53,859 nucleotides of DNA from a virus (lineage: Duplodnaviria > Caudoviricetes). The DNA is taken from the IMG/VR virus record IMGVR_UViG_3300020388_000023, positions 1-53,859 of that record; one strand, 5' to 3'. Below, one piece after another: positions 36,769-47,087 of the stretch. The stretch's first letter is position 1. Each line of letters begins with the position of its first letter. The notes under the pieces were generated by a model. It was not told the origin of the DNA and did no database searches. It worked only from the letters and a program-made list of their open reading frames with translations. The translations under genes were made by a program, and so were the position numbers.

Positions 36769-39552
36769 TTAAAAGGCGGTACTAGGTATGGTTGGAGGAG
36801 TATTAACACCAGCTGTTAATATTTGTTTATTATCATAACAAATAATGAGGTGACCATTAACTTCTCCTGGAGAATTGGATGCACCTGTGTCTATAGGATC
36901 TATGGCAATGTATAAAAAATCTCCTTTATTAAATCCACCCCCAGGACCATTATCTAACACATGTTCAAATACATTATTATTATTATAAACAAATCCATTA
37001 CTATTAAATTGATTAAAACCACTAGATAATGTTCCCCCCAATGGGTGGTGAAGTACTTCAAGTTTGAAATTCATGGATCTTTCCATTCTCATTTCTATTT
37101 TAACATCATTTACAGCAACATCATCAGTAAATATATATCTTGAATAATATTGAGTGGATGCAGTTTCGGATACAGTTGAATTACCAAGTGGTAAATTTCT
37201 TTTTTCTGTAGAAGTTTGCCAATCAGCAGAAAATTCTTGATAACGAAGTACTTTTGTGGTGATTGTATCGACAGTTATTTTTGGGACTTGTAATAGATTT
37301 AAACTTGGATTATAAGTAAAATCATTTGCTGAATCTTTAGCTAAATCCATACAACCTGCAGCTGTGGTGGTACCAAATTGGAAAGGTATTGGGTAATCTG
37401 CGTTATTTGTTGTTGTGGATAGATGTACTCTTTTTCCACAAACATTTTCTAAACCACTACCATTACCTATAAATGATCCAGAAATTGGGCCAGGTGTTAC
37501 TGCCATTCCTGCCCAAAAACCTTCTAGATTAACTTCTGCTTTAGATGTAAAGTTTGCCCATGTTGTAGTAGAATTATTACTAATAGAGACACCTGGATTA
37601 TCGGTATCTGGAATCCAATTAACCAATCTCCATTCATGAATACTACCATTACTATTTTTTGAATGATAATTATCACCTAATAAAAATACGCTTAATCTAG
37701 TTGAATGATCAGTTTCTTCTAGATTGTCGGTATTGAGAGTATTAGTATCACGAACATACACTTGTAATGCTGCACCATCATATGTGGCTCCTTCTTTTAT
37801 TCGAATATGTGTATAAACTATATTACTGAAGCTATTATTAGTTAATACTGTAAGTTGTGTTCCTTTATCATCTCCGAATATATGTGATGCATAAAAAGTG
37901 GTTGATTGGTGTCGAGAAGAACCTTGTTGGTCTCGTAATGCAAATCTACCAGTTGCTCTTCCTTCTGGTACAATTGCAACTGTATACCAACCAGGAGCAA
38001 GGTCATTTGAAGCCTTTTGTTCTGTATGTGTTTCATTTATAAATGCCTCAGAATTATAACTATCTAATGTGCCTATTAAATTGCCCTCAAAATTAGTTGA
38101 TTTTATTGTATCAGTATGTGGGTTGATTGTTACATTAGAATCAAGCAGCATTGTAGAAAACCCATCAGTTAAATTTGAGAATACAATTGGGTGGGGTGTG
38201 TTATTAGTGTTTTCGTGGACATCAACATGTAAGGTATTAGTTGATAAATGTGAAAATTCTGATACTAATGTACCTGCTCCTGGTGCACTTGTAGGTAAAT
38301 CATCACTATTTGCATCTACTAAATTACTTATAGTATCTATACTAACAGTTTTTAAATTACCTGAGCTGTCTCTTACTACAATGTCATCTGAGGTTGTACC
38401 TGCAGTATTCGTAGATAATACTATGTTATTAGTTGTTACTGTTGAATCCTTAATTGTAGTTTCTACACCCTCAGAATAGTAAATTTCATAAATAGAAATA
38501 AGGTTGAAACTGTTATTATTGGAATTAGATATATATTGGGTTCGGTAATATTTAAAAGGGGTTTCATTTTGAAAATTTACAATATAAGGGTAACTCGCAC
38601 TCACTCCATTAACATAATCAAGATCTTCATATAATAAAGTTCCCAAATTCCCTCCAGTAAACGGAGTGTTAGAACCAAATATTTTTATTTTATAAAGATC
38701 ACTTTCAGAATTCCCAAATCCCGCATATAATTTCATTTGAGTTATAATAGGAGAGTATCCTAGTTTACCAAATATATTATAATCTACGTTAATATTACCT
38801 TCTTCCCCAGAAGTTGCAATATTGAAGAGGGATGGAAATGTACCATCTGTGTTAGCGCCCGCAATATCATTAAAAATGAAGTTGACGTTACTATTACTAG
38901 AATTAGTTATTGCGTTTTCTGCAGTAATTGTTATAAATTCTGAATTGTCGATTATAGACCCATCATTTAATTCTAATGTTGTTAATGTGCCTATAGAAGA
39001 AGCTTCCCCAGATATGTTACCCGTTGTAGCTAAACCTAAATTATTAACATTTAAATTTAGTCTTGTTGCTTGAGTAAAGGAATCCCACTCATTATTACTT
39101 ATTAAAGTAATATCAGGACTCTCGGGTCCATCAGGGATAAAATTTGTTAAATTCCATCCATTGTTTATCATGGTCCCCCCAGGAGTTGAAGTTTTATAAT
39201 TATCACCTAATAATTGAACTATAGGTTTATTAGTTTCTGAAGATATGAAAACCTGTAATACTGCTCCCATTCCTATGCCTGATTCTTTTATTCTTAGGGC
39301 TGTTTGTGTAGTGTTAGTTGATAAAAAATTAGTAGAACTTAGGAGTGTGATTTGATTTCCTTCACCTTCTACGTGGGAAGCGTAAAAAGTTATAACTGAT
39401 GATTGTTGTGCAGATCTATTATCAGAAAGTAAAAATCTAGCTGTCGCTATACCTTCCCCATTGATAGCTATAGTATGCCAGCCAATAGATAATACATCTT
39501 CTGTCTTAAATTCTGATTCTTCAGTTAGTATTTTTTTCCAACCCACACCCAA
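36769..39552 (-). CDS. Large fibre/appendage protein with a duplicated domain; start codon uncertain
   Basis: 927 aa; WKKI N-terminus as in the 40139-43177 gene; two copies of GWxTxAI..G.AT.RF.L.D...TFYASH. Confidence 0.65.
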   Translation of the reverse strand: MGVGWKKILTEESEFKTEDVLSIGWHTIAINGEGIATARFLLSDNRSAQQSSVITFYASHVEGEGNQITLLSSTNFLSTNTTQTALRIKESGIGMGAVLQVFISSETNKPIVQLLGDNYKTSTPGGTMINNGWNLTNFIPDGPESPDITLISNNEWDSFTQATRLNLNVNNLGLATTGNISGEASSIGTLTTLELNDGSIIDNSEFITITAENAITNSSNSNVNFIFNDIAGANTDGTFPSLFNIATSGEEGNINVDYNIFGKLGYSPIITQMKLYAGFGNSESDLYKIKIFGSNTPFTGGNLGTLLYEDLDYVNGVSASYPYIVNFQNETPFKYYRTQYISNSNNNSFNLISIYEIYYSEGVETTIKDSTVTTNNIVLSTNTAGTTSDDIVVRDSSGNLKTVSIDTISNLVDANSDDLPTSAPGAGTLVSEFSHLSTNTLHVDVHENTNNTPHPIVFSNLTDGFSTMLLDSNVTINPHTDTIKSTNFEGNLIGTLDSYNSEAFINETHTEQKASNDLAPGWYTVAIVPEGRATGRFALRDQQGSSRHQSTTFYASHIFGDDKGTQLTVLTNNSFSNIVYTHIRIKEGATYDGAALQVYVRDTNTLNTDNLEETDHSTRLSVFLLGDNYHSKNSNGSIHEWRLVNWIPDTDNPGVSISNNSTTTWANFTSKAEVNLEGFWAGMAVTPGPISGSFIGNGSGLENVCGKRVHLSTTTNNADYPIPFQFGTTTAAGCMDLAKDSANDFTYNPSLNLLQVPKITVDTITTKVLRYQEFSADWQTSTEKRNLPLGNSTVSETASTQYYSRYIFTDDVAVNDVKIEMRMERSMNFKLEVLHHPLGGTLSSGFNQFNSNGFVYNNNNVFEHVLDNGPGGGFNKGDFLYIAIDPIDTGASNSPGEVNGHLIICYDNKQILTAGVNTPPTIPSTAF

Positions 39553-39564
39553 AACATTTATTAA

Positions 39565-39750
39565 TTATTTTTTACTATTTTTACTATTTTTTACCTGATC
39601 TTCTAATTTTTGTAGTTTATCATGTTCAACTACTAATTTTTGTAGTATAGTTGTAATAAGAGAAGCTTCTGCTCCTCTTATTTCAAATTCTGAAACTGCT
39701 TTGTGTATTGCTACAACTTCCCTTAATTCAAATTGTATCCCGTGTGCCAT
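39565..39750 (-). CDS. Small helical protein (possible fibre chaperone)
   Basis: 61 aa; resembles the C-terminal half of the 39767-40054 protein. Confidence 0.6.
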   Translation of the reverse strand: MAHGIQFELREVVAIHKAVSEFEIRGAEASLITTILQKLVVEHDKLQKLEDQVKNSKNSKK

Positions 39751-39766
39751 AACTTATAAATTTAAT

Positions 39767-40054
39767 TTATTGTTTTAACTGATTTTGTAATTTTGCAGTA
39801 ATTGAATATATTACTTGAAGGTCAGATCCTTTAAAATCTGATTTTCCTATTAAAGTTATCAAATATTTTAACTCAGAGGGTATTAGTTGAGTCAATTGTT
39901 GAGGGGTTGGTTTTGGTTGTGGGGGGTTGTGAGTTGGGGTTGGTTGAGTTGTTGTTCTATTTTGTTGAACTTTATTTTGGGCTTTTTGTTTGTCTAATAC
40001 TCCCATAACTATTTCTTCTATTATATTGTGTAAATCCATATCTTTTTTATTCAT
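39767..40054 (-). CDS. Small protein with a Pro/Gln linker (possible fibre chaperone)
   Basis: 95 aa; EL..L...I.KSDFKG.D......KLQ. Confidence 0.6.
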   Translation of the reverse strand: MNKKDMDLHNIIEEIVMGVLDKQKAQNKVQQNRTTTQPTPTHNPPQPKPTPQQLTQLIPSELKYLITLIGKSDFKGSDLQVIYSITAKLQNQLKQ

Positions 40055-40082
40055 AACTTTTATTTTGATAATTTCTAGTAAA

Positions 40083-40140
40083 AATAATTTAAACAGCCTA
40101 ATATTTCCTTAGAAATATTAAGCCGTTTTTAAAAATTATT
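40083..40140 (-). other. Long intergenic RNA hairpin (17-bp core with G-U pairs)
   Basis: Minus strand AAACGGCTTAATATTTC-TAAG-GAAATATTAGGCTGTTT. Confidence 0.65.
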
Positions 40141-43100
40141 AAGCACCTGGGGCAGTAGCAGTACCCGTAAAAATCCATAAATCTTTGTTATTATCAATTA
40201 TCATTTCACCTTCACCGAATATTACATCCCCTAATAATTTATCAGAAGTTTCAGTTCCTTTATGGTTTGATATAGCATTTAATTGAGTACCAAGACTACC
40301 TGTAGATCTTACTGTAAGTATATTTCCTACTGAATTACCTTTACCATTTTCATCTACTTGACCTGTTCCTATATTACTTGGTACATTTCTAGCTACTTTT
40401 AATCTATCATCACTACCATCGTGGTAAAGTGCTGTACCTAAAGGATTGTCACTTGCACCATATTGGGTTTCAAATATAATCCCTACATCAACGTTTGCAG
40501 TTAAGTCTGTATTACTTGCTGCACTACCAGAACCAAGTAATATAAATCTATCTTCAATTTGAAGTTCTGTTGTATTTAAAGTAGTTGTGGTACCTTCAAT
40601 TGTTAAATTACCACCAACTACAACATTACCTGTTGTAGTTAAATTACCAATACCAGTAATATTATTATTACTTCCATTAATATTAATACTACCAATAGTT
40701 ACGTTACCAGTAAGGGTTGGATTGGCTGAAGTTGCAGCTGCATTTAATGCAGTTTGAATAGATTCTGTAATGCCATTTAAATGACCAAGTTCTGTTGAAT
40801 TTAAACCTGCATCATGTAGGGCATTTAATTCTGCTGCTGTAGCTGTTACTTGAGTAGATCCTATAGTAAGATTAGTTACTGTAACACCTGCAAATGTTGG
40901 AGAACTTGATGTACCTAATCCTAAAGCTGTTGCTGCAGCTCCAGCTGAAGTAGCACCTGTACCACCATTTGCAATTGATAAAGCTGTACCATCCCAATCA
41001 CTATTATTAATTGTTAAGGTACCACCTAATGTTAAATTACCAGAATCCGTTACTGTTCCTGTTAATGTAAGACCATTTACAGTTCCTGCTCCTCCTACTG
41101 ATGTTACTGTACCTACAGTTGAAGATAAATTATCTGTTATACCAGTAACAAAATCATAAATTTGATCTCCGGTTGCTAATTTACTACCGCCATCAACAAT
41201 ACCACCTGTGTTTACTCTTATTGTTTTAGCTGTACTCCCATTGTAAGTAGTACCAGCAGTAGAAAAACTAAGAGTGTCATTGTCAACAGATAAATTCTTT
41301 AAATTCTGACCAAGTGAAACACCACTTATTGTGTTAGTTGTTATAGAAGCTCCATCAATTTGAGCTGATTGAGAAACTAATCCTGAACCATTATTAATAG
41401 GTAATACTCCAGTTGCCTGAGCTAAATTTAAATTTGTTATAGAAGCACCATTACCCGCAAGTGTTCCTGCTGTAACGCTTCCTGCAGTAGTAATACTACC
41501 ATTATTATTTAATGTTAAAGATCCAGCATTAACAATTAATGAACCAGAGAATGAGTGAGTATCATCACTAGCATCACCAAATACATTACTACCTGATATT
41601 ACTAATGCATTATTGTCTATAAATTGAACTGCACCAAAAGAGAATGAAGATGCATCTACATTTCCTGTAAATGAAGCGTTTGATGCAGTAATATTTAAAA
41701 TAGTGCCTGCTGAGTGGCTTATATTAAATATATCTGGTCCAGCAGAAGATCCTGAGAAGAATAAACCTCCTTGTGTTTGAATGTCTCCACCAACATCTAA
41801 ATCTCCACCTACTGTTAAATTACTAACAATATCAACGTTATCAGATAATGAAATTGTTGGAGCACCTGTTACTACTGATACTTGAAGAAATACATCTAAA
41901 GGTTTGTTAGTCCCAACGTCAGAAGCTATAGCCTCATCTAAAACAAATTTATATTTGGTACTTTCTTGAGTTCCTGATGAGTTTATTTCAGGAGTATCAG
42001 TAAATGATGTTAAACCTACAATTTGTTCACCTTCTGCAGTTTTTATTTTTAAAATTGAACTCCCATTAAGTAATGATGCATTAAGTTGGGATGTTTTAGC
42101 TGAATCTGATCCTGATATAACAGACTCTCCAACATTCCAGAATAATCCATCACCCGATATTTGTCGTGAAATTATCTTTGTATACTCTGTAGTTGTTGTA
42201 CCTCCTGTAACAGTAATATTATCACCTGCATTTAGACCTGTGAAAGTTCCAGAACCACCACTATCAATATCATCTCTAGATACTTTTATTATTTCACCAT
42301 TTGCTTTTTGTGCTAAGTAAAATTCAGGATCATCAATAGGTACAATACTTGCTGTAATACCTCCTTTAGCATTTAGCATTAGGTTTGACGATGATATAAC
42401 TAAATTGTTATCATGATCACCTATAGTTAATTCATTAGCTGATAATGCACTACCTTGTAATGAAGCTAATTTTTTCATATTTGCTCCACTACCAACTGAA
42501 ATTCCAGTACTAGCTGTAACATTAGGTACTATAACTTTTGTATCACCTGTTATGTCACCTGAAGCATCAACTGTAGTAGTGTCTACTGAGTCAATTTTAG
42601 ATACATTTAAAGTGTTTGAGGTTTTATTAAATGTAAATGTATTATCATCTTCTAATAATCCGTTTGTACCAATAAATGGAACTCTAGTATTAGTTAAATT
42701 TGTAGTTAAATTACCTGTTAAATCTAAAGTAGCAGCATCAATATTATCAGCAGTAATATTTAATGTATTGCCAGTTTCTGCAGAAATATTAAATGTTTGA
42801 GTCTGAGGACCACTAGATGCTGAGAATGTTAAATTACCTGAAGAAGAAATAGAATGGATGTTATATAATTGAGCACCACCAAAATTAGCATCAGAATTTG
42901 CAGATGCTACTTCTAAAACATCACCTCCTGAACCTACTACTACAAAATTATCTGTAAGGTTACCAGATGCACCAACTGTGTCTCCACCTGCTGCTAATGC
43001 ATATTTACTACCTGTACTTACATTACCATATTGGTCAATTACTAAGGGTGTTGTTATATCTGGTTGACCCCCAGCTTGTACCGCTGCTATTCCAGGTAAA

Positions 43101-43177
43101 TTTAAGCCTGCACTTGCTGTTACGTCTCTTAAATGGGCATCACTACCTGAGACTATTATTTTTTTCCAATTTGCCAT
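40139..43177 (-). CDS. Tail fibre / appendage protein
   Basis: 1012 aa, G/S/T-rich; MANWKKIIVSGS, FGD..DDTH.F.GS, LSIANGGTGATSA, GNLTIEGTTTTLNT..L.IED..I.L. Confidence 0.75.
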   Translation of the reverse strand: MANWKKIIVSGSDAHLRDVTASAGLNLPGIAAVQAGGQPDITTPLVIDQYGNVSTGSKYALAAGGDTVGASGNLTDNFVVVGSGGDVLEVASANSDANFGGAQLYNIHSISSSGNLTFSASSGPQTQTFNISAETGNTLNITADNIDAATLDLTGNLTTNLTNTRVPFIGTNGLLEDDNTFTFNKTSNTLNVSKIDSVDTTTVDASGDITGDTKVIVPNVTASTGISVGSGANMKKLASLQGSALSANELTIGDHDNNLVISSSNLMLNAKGGITASIVPIDDPEFYLAQKANGEIIKVSRDDIDSGGSGTFTGLNAGDNITVTGGTTTTEYTKIISRQISGDGLFWNVGESVISGSDSAKTSQLNASLLNGSSILKIKTAEGEQIVGLTSFTDTPEINSSGTQESTKYKFVLDEAIASDVGTNKPLDVFLQVSVVTGAPTISLSDNVDIVSNLTVGGDLDVGGDIQTQGGLFFSGSSAGPDIFNISHSAGTILNITASNASFTGNVDASSFSFGAVQFIDNNALVISGSNVFGDASDDTHSFSGSLIVNAGSLTLNNNGSITTAGSVTAGTLAGNGASITNLNLAQATGVLPINNGSGLVSQSAQIDGASITTNTISGVSLGQNLKNLSVDNDTLSFSTAGTTYNGSTAKTIRVNTGGIVDGGSKLATGDQIYDFVTGITDNLSSTVGTVTSVGGAGTVNGLTLTGTVTDSGNLTLGGTLTINNSDWDGTALSIANGGTGATSAGAAATALGLGTSSSPTFAGVTVTNLTIGSTQVTATAAELNALHDAGLNSTELGHLNGITESIQTALNAAATSANPTLTGNVTIGSININGSNNNITGIGNLTTTGNVVVGGNLTIEGTTTTLNTTELQIEDRFILLGSGSAASNTDLTANVDVGIIFETQYGASDNPLGTALYHDGSDDRLKVARNVPSNIGTGQVDENGKGNSVGNILTVRSTGSLGTQLNAISNHKGTETSDKLLGDVIFGEGEMIIDNNKDLWIFTGTATAPGA

Positions 43178-43235
43178 TTTATCTTACTTTTTAATTTTTA
43201 TAATTACGTTCTAATTTTGGGTTTTATTTTATATT

Positions 43236-44639
43236 TTAGTTATGAATTGACTTACTTGCCCATTGTGGCACACTTTCATAATCTCTTGATGATGGAGTAT
43301 TTTGGGGTGACAATGAACTTGATATTCCCGCAGCAATACCATTTTCTACTTTATATCCTGAAAATGCACCTAATACTTCATTAGTTCCTGGGATATGATA
43401 AAATCCAGGAGATGCAGGTATTCTTAAATTAGCATCCGCCCATAAATGAGATCCAGATTTAAATTTTGTATCATTTCCTATAAAACTTCCTGTGTATGAA
43501 CCTGAGGGGCCTTTTCCAAGAGAAGCACTACAATAATAAAGAGTACGAATACTATTACTAGTCCTTGCTGAAGAAGCGGCATTTGCTGCATATTTAAATG
43601 AACCACTTGCTACTGTTTGAGCTACGGAAGTTTTTTGGTAAAATATTACTTCGGCTGAAGGGAAATAAGCTTTACTTCCATCGCTAACACCCGCCATACC
43701 ATTAAATTGATCTCCTGAAACAAGTCCTTTTATGAGGGTTTTATTATACATCCCATCACTACTATTTATTCCATTGTAATAGATATTTTTGTTGTTAAAG
43801 AAACCAGTACCTGCAGGTAAAGTAGCTAACCATGAAGCCGTAAAATTGTTACCTGCTCCACCTGAAGCTTGACATCCCCAATCTGCACTTGAAGTTAAAC
43901 TTGAAGTTAATGCATATGCAATAACATCATGGTTATTATAAGCATCTACATGGTTAAGCGCGTCATTAGAACCAAATTTAATATGCCATTTAGAGACAGG
44001 TTCTGATTGACCATAAAGAAATGAAGTCTTTAAAATAGATCTAGTAAGATGGGACTGATTTGAAGCTGTTAAAAAATTATGTTGATATAATTGTCCTGGT
44101 ATATTACCATCTGCCCCAAATTGTTGTGGAGAGTAAAAATTCGAAAATTTAAAATGTGAAAAAGAATAATTTTGTGAATTATTAGAAATTTCTAAATATC
44201 CTTCTGTGTGATGTACTCCTGGGTGTTTTGAAAAAGTTACTGATGCTGTTGGTGCCTGTGTGGAGGCAGGAGATAAAATTGCTACTCTTTCTCCTGGGGG
44301 AAGATTGTATAATGCTGTTCCTATTTTACTAGCATAAGATGCAGATAAAGATGCAGTAACAGCATCAGAGAAATTATCTCTAATAAATTGGACTGTTCTG
44401 TCTTGTTCTTCATCTCTTTCAACATAAAGAGCAGTTTCACCTGTGTCATTATCTATTTCTAAATGATATTTGTCAGGTTTATTTTGAACTCTAACCATGT
44501 CAAAAAAACCACCTTCTCTTTTACTTTTAGCACCTGTTTTTAATGCAATGGGGATACCTTCATAAAAAGGTTTAAATTTTGTACCTGAAGATCCTGTTCT
44601 TTCAAGGAATCTTTTATGTTTAAATTTTTCAAATGCCAT
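43236..44639 (-). CDS. Hypothetical virion-associated protein
   Basis: 467 aa, rich in SAS/SGS/TAS; preceded by ATATTTAT at 44660-44667. Confidence 0.6.
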   Translation of the reverse strand: MAFEKFKHKRFLERTGSSGTKFKPFYEGIPIALKTGAKSKREGGFFDMVRVQNKPDKYHLEIDNDTGETALYVERDEEQDRTVQFIRDNFSDAVTASLSASYASKIGTALYNLPPGERVAILSPASTQAPTASVTFSKHPGVHHTEGYLEISNNSQNYSFSHFKFSNFYSPQQFGADGNIPGQLYQHNFLTASNQSHLTRSILKTSFLYGQSEPVSKWHIKFGSNDALNHVDAYNNHDVIAYALTSSLTSSADWGCQASGGAGNNFTASWLATLPAGTGFFNNKNIYYNGINSSDGMYNKTLIKGLVSGDQFNGMAGVSDGSKAYFPSAEVIFYQKTSVAQTVASGSFKYAANAASSARTSNSIRTLYYCSASLGKGPSGSYTGSFIGNDTKFKSGSHLWADANLRIPASPGFYHIPGTNEVLGAFSGYKVENGIAAGISSSLSPQNTPSSRDYESVPQWASKSIHN

Positions 44640-44696
44640 ATTAATGTTATTATTTGATTATAAATATATATTTTTTTTAAAAAATGAAAATTATTT

Positions 44697-45233
44697 TTAA
44701 CATTCTAATCCTAAATAAAAATTACTCCCACTATATAAAAGACCTCCTGCGACAGGTGTTGGTGTATATTGGTATTCATCAAATACTATTAGTCCTTCAG
44801 AATTTATAGTAATAGGAGAACTACTACCAGATGTTATTATAAGTATACTATTAGTCCCATCTCCCGTAAATTGAGCTATAGAAGCTGAAATTACATCTGT
44901 AAATATAGTGTCAGAAACTATTAAATTTCCTGCAGATGGTTCAGAAAGAGATCCAGAAATTGTTAAAGACCCTGTAATTGATTGATTTCCTACTCTTGAT
45001 AATGATTCTTGTGTGTTTTCACTTGTTATTAATTCCCAACTTGTAGTGGATGATGGATCAGTTGGGTCTATACAAACATATAATTCATTAGTATCTTGTT
45101 GGAATACTAATAAACCTTCATAACAATTAAATGATTTACGGGACAATCTATCATTAGCATTAATTGCGGTTACCCTTGAATCTAAGGGGGTAGGAGTACT
45201 GGGATTAAAACCAACAATTACATCTATAGCCAT
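44697..45233 (-). CDS. Hypothetical virion-associated protein
   Basis: PLDSR...YEGLLVFQQDTNELY...W N-terminal module; GNQSITGSLTISGS. Confidence 0.6.
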   Translation of the reverse strand: MAIDVIVGFNPSTPTPLDSRVTAINANDRLSRKSFNCYEGLLVFQQDTNELYVCIDPTDPSSTTSWELITSENTQESLSRVGNQSITGSLTISGSLSEPSAGNLIVSDTIFTDVISASIAQFTGDGTNSILIITSGSSSPITINSEGLIVFDEYQYTPTPVAGGLLYSGSNFYLGLEC

Positions 45234-45234
45234 A

Positions 45235-46668
45235 TTACACGAATGTTATTTTATGTTGATAAATAGATCCATCTTTTGGAGTTGTCGTTCTATATACTTT
45301 ATAATTTCCCACAATTTCAGGAGAATTAAATGCTGTTATTTCATTTTGTAATGATAATTGATTTATTAATGTATTTATATTACCTAAATTTGAATCATAT
45401 ACAATATATAAGTATTCACCTGTAGTTGTATTAGGGGAAAAACTTAATGTTAAAGATTCTATTTCTGATTCTGTATTAAATCCATATTTTATAGTCCCTT
45501 GCCAATTTGTTAAATCTTGTAATTGATTTTCATTAAAAGATGTAGATGTAGAGGTTCCAAATCTTAAACTTCTAACACGAGTCCATGTTCGTGATATAGT
45601 TCCTGTGTAAAATAATTGGGGATTATTATTAGTACTTGAATTCCAATATTGTTCTATATTTCCTGTAGTTATATTACCTACTGCATTTACAGTTAATGTA
45701 AGATTAAATGAATTTAATTCAGGATTAGATGGTACCCATCCATTATTACCATTAGGGAGACCTCCTGCTAATAACCATGTAATATTACCTGTTGCCCCTT
45801 CTTCTATTTCTGATTGTGTATCTCTATATGCATTGGATGTTACATCATATACTACATTAGTTATGGTAGGGTTTAAAGGGTTTAATTTATTTAAGGTTAG
45901 TGTTTTATTACTAGAAATAGTTATTAATGAATTGTCTGCTAATTGAGCAATAATATTAATATTAAATGTATGACTACCTATAGCATAGGTAGAAAAGTTA
46001 TCGGGTGATATTGTAATTGAATCATTTTCATTAAATGTAGTAATCCCCTCTGTAGAAGAAGATAGCATTCCTTTTATAAAGGTAGTTCCATTTAAATTAA
46101 ATTGAGGGGTTAAAGTGTAACTATCCGTTACTAAATTAAATCTATTAGTATTGAAGCCACTTACACTTATGTCTGATATTGTAGGTAAAGTAGGGTTACC
46201 AAATATTAATTCTAGTACACCCTCATTTACGTTAATAGATACATCATTACTAAAATCTTTAATAATTAAATTAGATAAGAGAGTACTATCACTATTAGAT
46301 GAAGTTTGAAATGAAATATTTGATGAACCATTGTTTCCTTCTACTATTGTATTATTAATAGTTTGAAATATAGAACCTGTTTGAAAGATTACTTGATTTT
46401 CTGTAATTTCTATTACATTAGTAGTGGTAGTAGTTTCAATAGTTGTAGAAGGGTCTATAGATATATCTATATTGATATTATCAGGTACAGATTCTACTAC
46501 TACTGTGTTAGTTTGAGGAGTAATGTTTAAATTACTAGATTCTAATGTAGTTTCTACTATTTCAATTAATGTAAGGTTACCCTCAACTACTTCTATTTGA
46601 CCACCTCCCATTTCAACTATCTCTAGTTGAACAGCAGATTCCTCTATTATTTCGGTAATATCTGCCAT
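45235..46668 (-). CDS. Hypothetical virion-associated protein with an acidic beta-repeat N-terminus
   Basis: 477 aa; I/V/E-rich N-terminus, Ig-like strands, C-terminal YKVYR. Confidence 0.6.
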   Translation of the reverse strand: MADITEIIEESAVQLEIVEMGGGQIEVVEGNLTLIEIVETTLESSNLNITPQTNTVVVESVPDNINIDISIDPSTTIETTTTTNVIEITENQVIFQTGSIFQTINNTIVEGNNGSSNISFQTSSNSDSTLLSNLIIKDFSNDVSINVNEGVLELIFGNPTLPTISDISVSGFNTNRFNLVTDSYTLTPQFNLNGTTFIKGMLSSSTEGITTFNENDSITISPDNFSTYAIGSHTFNINIIAQLADNSLITISSNKTLTLNKLNPLNPTITNVVYDVTSNAYRDTQSEIEEGATGNITWLLAGGLPNGNNGWVPSNPELNSFNLTLTVNAVGNITTGNIEQYWNSSTNNNPQLFYTGTISRTWTRVRSLRFGTSTSTSFNENQLQDLTNWQGTIKYGFNTESEIESLTLSFSPNTTTGEYLYIVYDSNLGNINTLINQLSLQNEITAFNSPEIVGNYKVYRTTTPKDGSIYQHKITFV

Positions 46669-46675
46669 GTAAATA

Positions 46676-47038
46676 TTATCTTGTTACTTCCTTAGATAAT
46701 TTAATTTTTCCCTGGAGAAGGCGTGTAACTACACCTGATGATTCAATTTCAAGATCATATACTGCTGTATCAAAAGACATAGCCGCTGTGTCTGTAGCTG
46801 ATATTGTAACTAAAATTTCATTATTTCCTGTGCCCCCTACAGTAATTACACTACCATTAGATCCCGCTACTTCTGTTAATGATATTATAGTAAAATCATT
46901 ATTTACAGAAGTTCTTAGTTGCATTCTAATAGAGTGGGATGATAAGTTTAGTGCATCCCCATTAGAATCTTTATATTTAAAAGTTCGTATAAATGTTGTT
47001 CCTTGCTCAATTGTAAAATTGTAAATTCCTGCTGCCAT
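46676..47038 (-). CDS. Ig-like fibre-attachment/adaptor protein (BppU N-terminal-like)
   Basis: YNFTIEQGTTF...KDSNG.ALNL...MQLR...YDLEI...RLLQGKI.LS.EVTR. Confidence 0.6.
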   Translation of the reverse strand: MAAGIYNFTIEQGTTFIRTFKYKDSNGDALNLSSHSIRMQLRTSVNNDFTIISLTEVAGSNGSVITVGGTGNNEILVTISATDTAAMSFDTAVYDLEIESSGVVTRLLQGKIKLSKEVTR

Positions 47039-47087
47039 AATTTAAATAGATTTATTCTATAATAAATATAACAGAAAAGATAAATAA

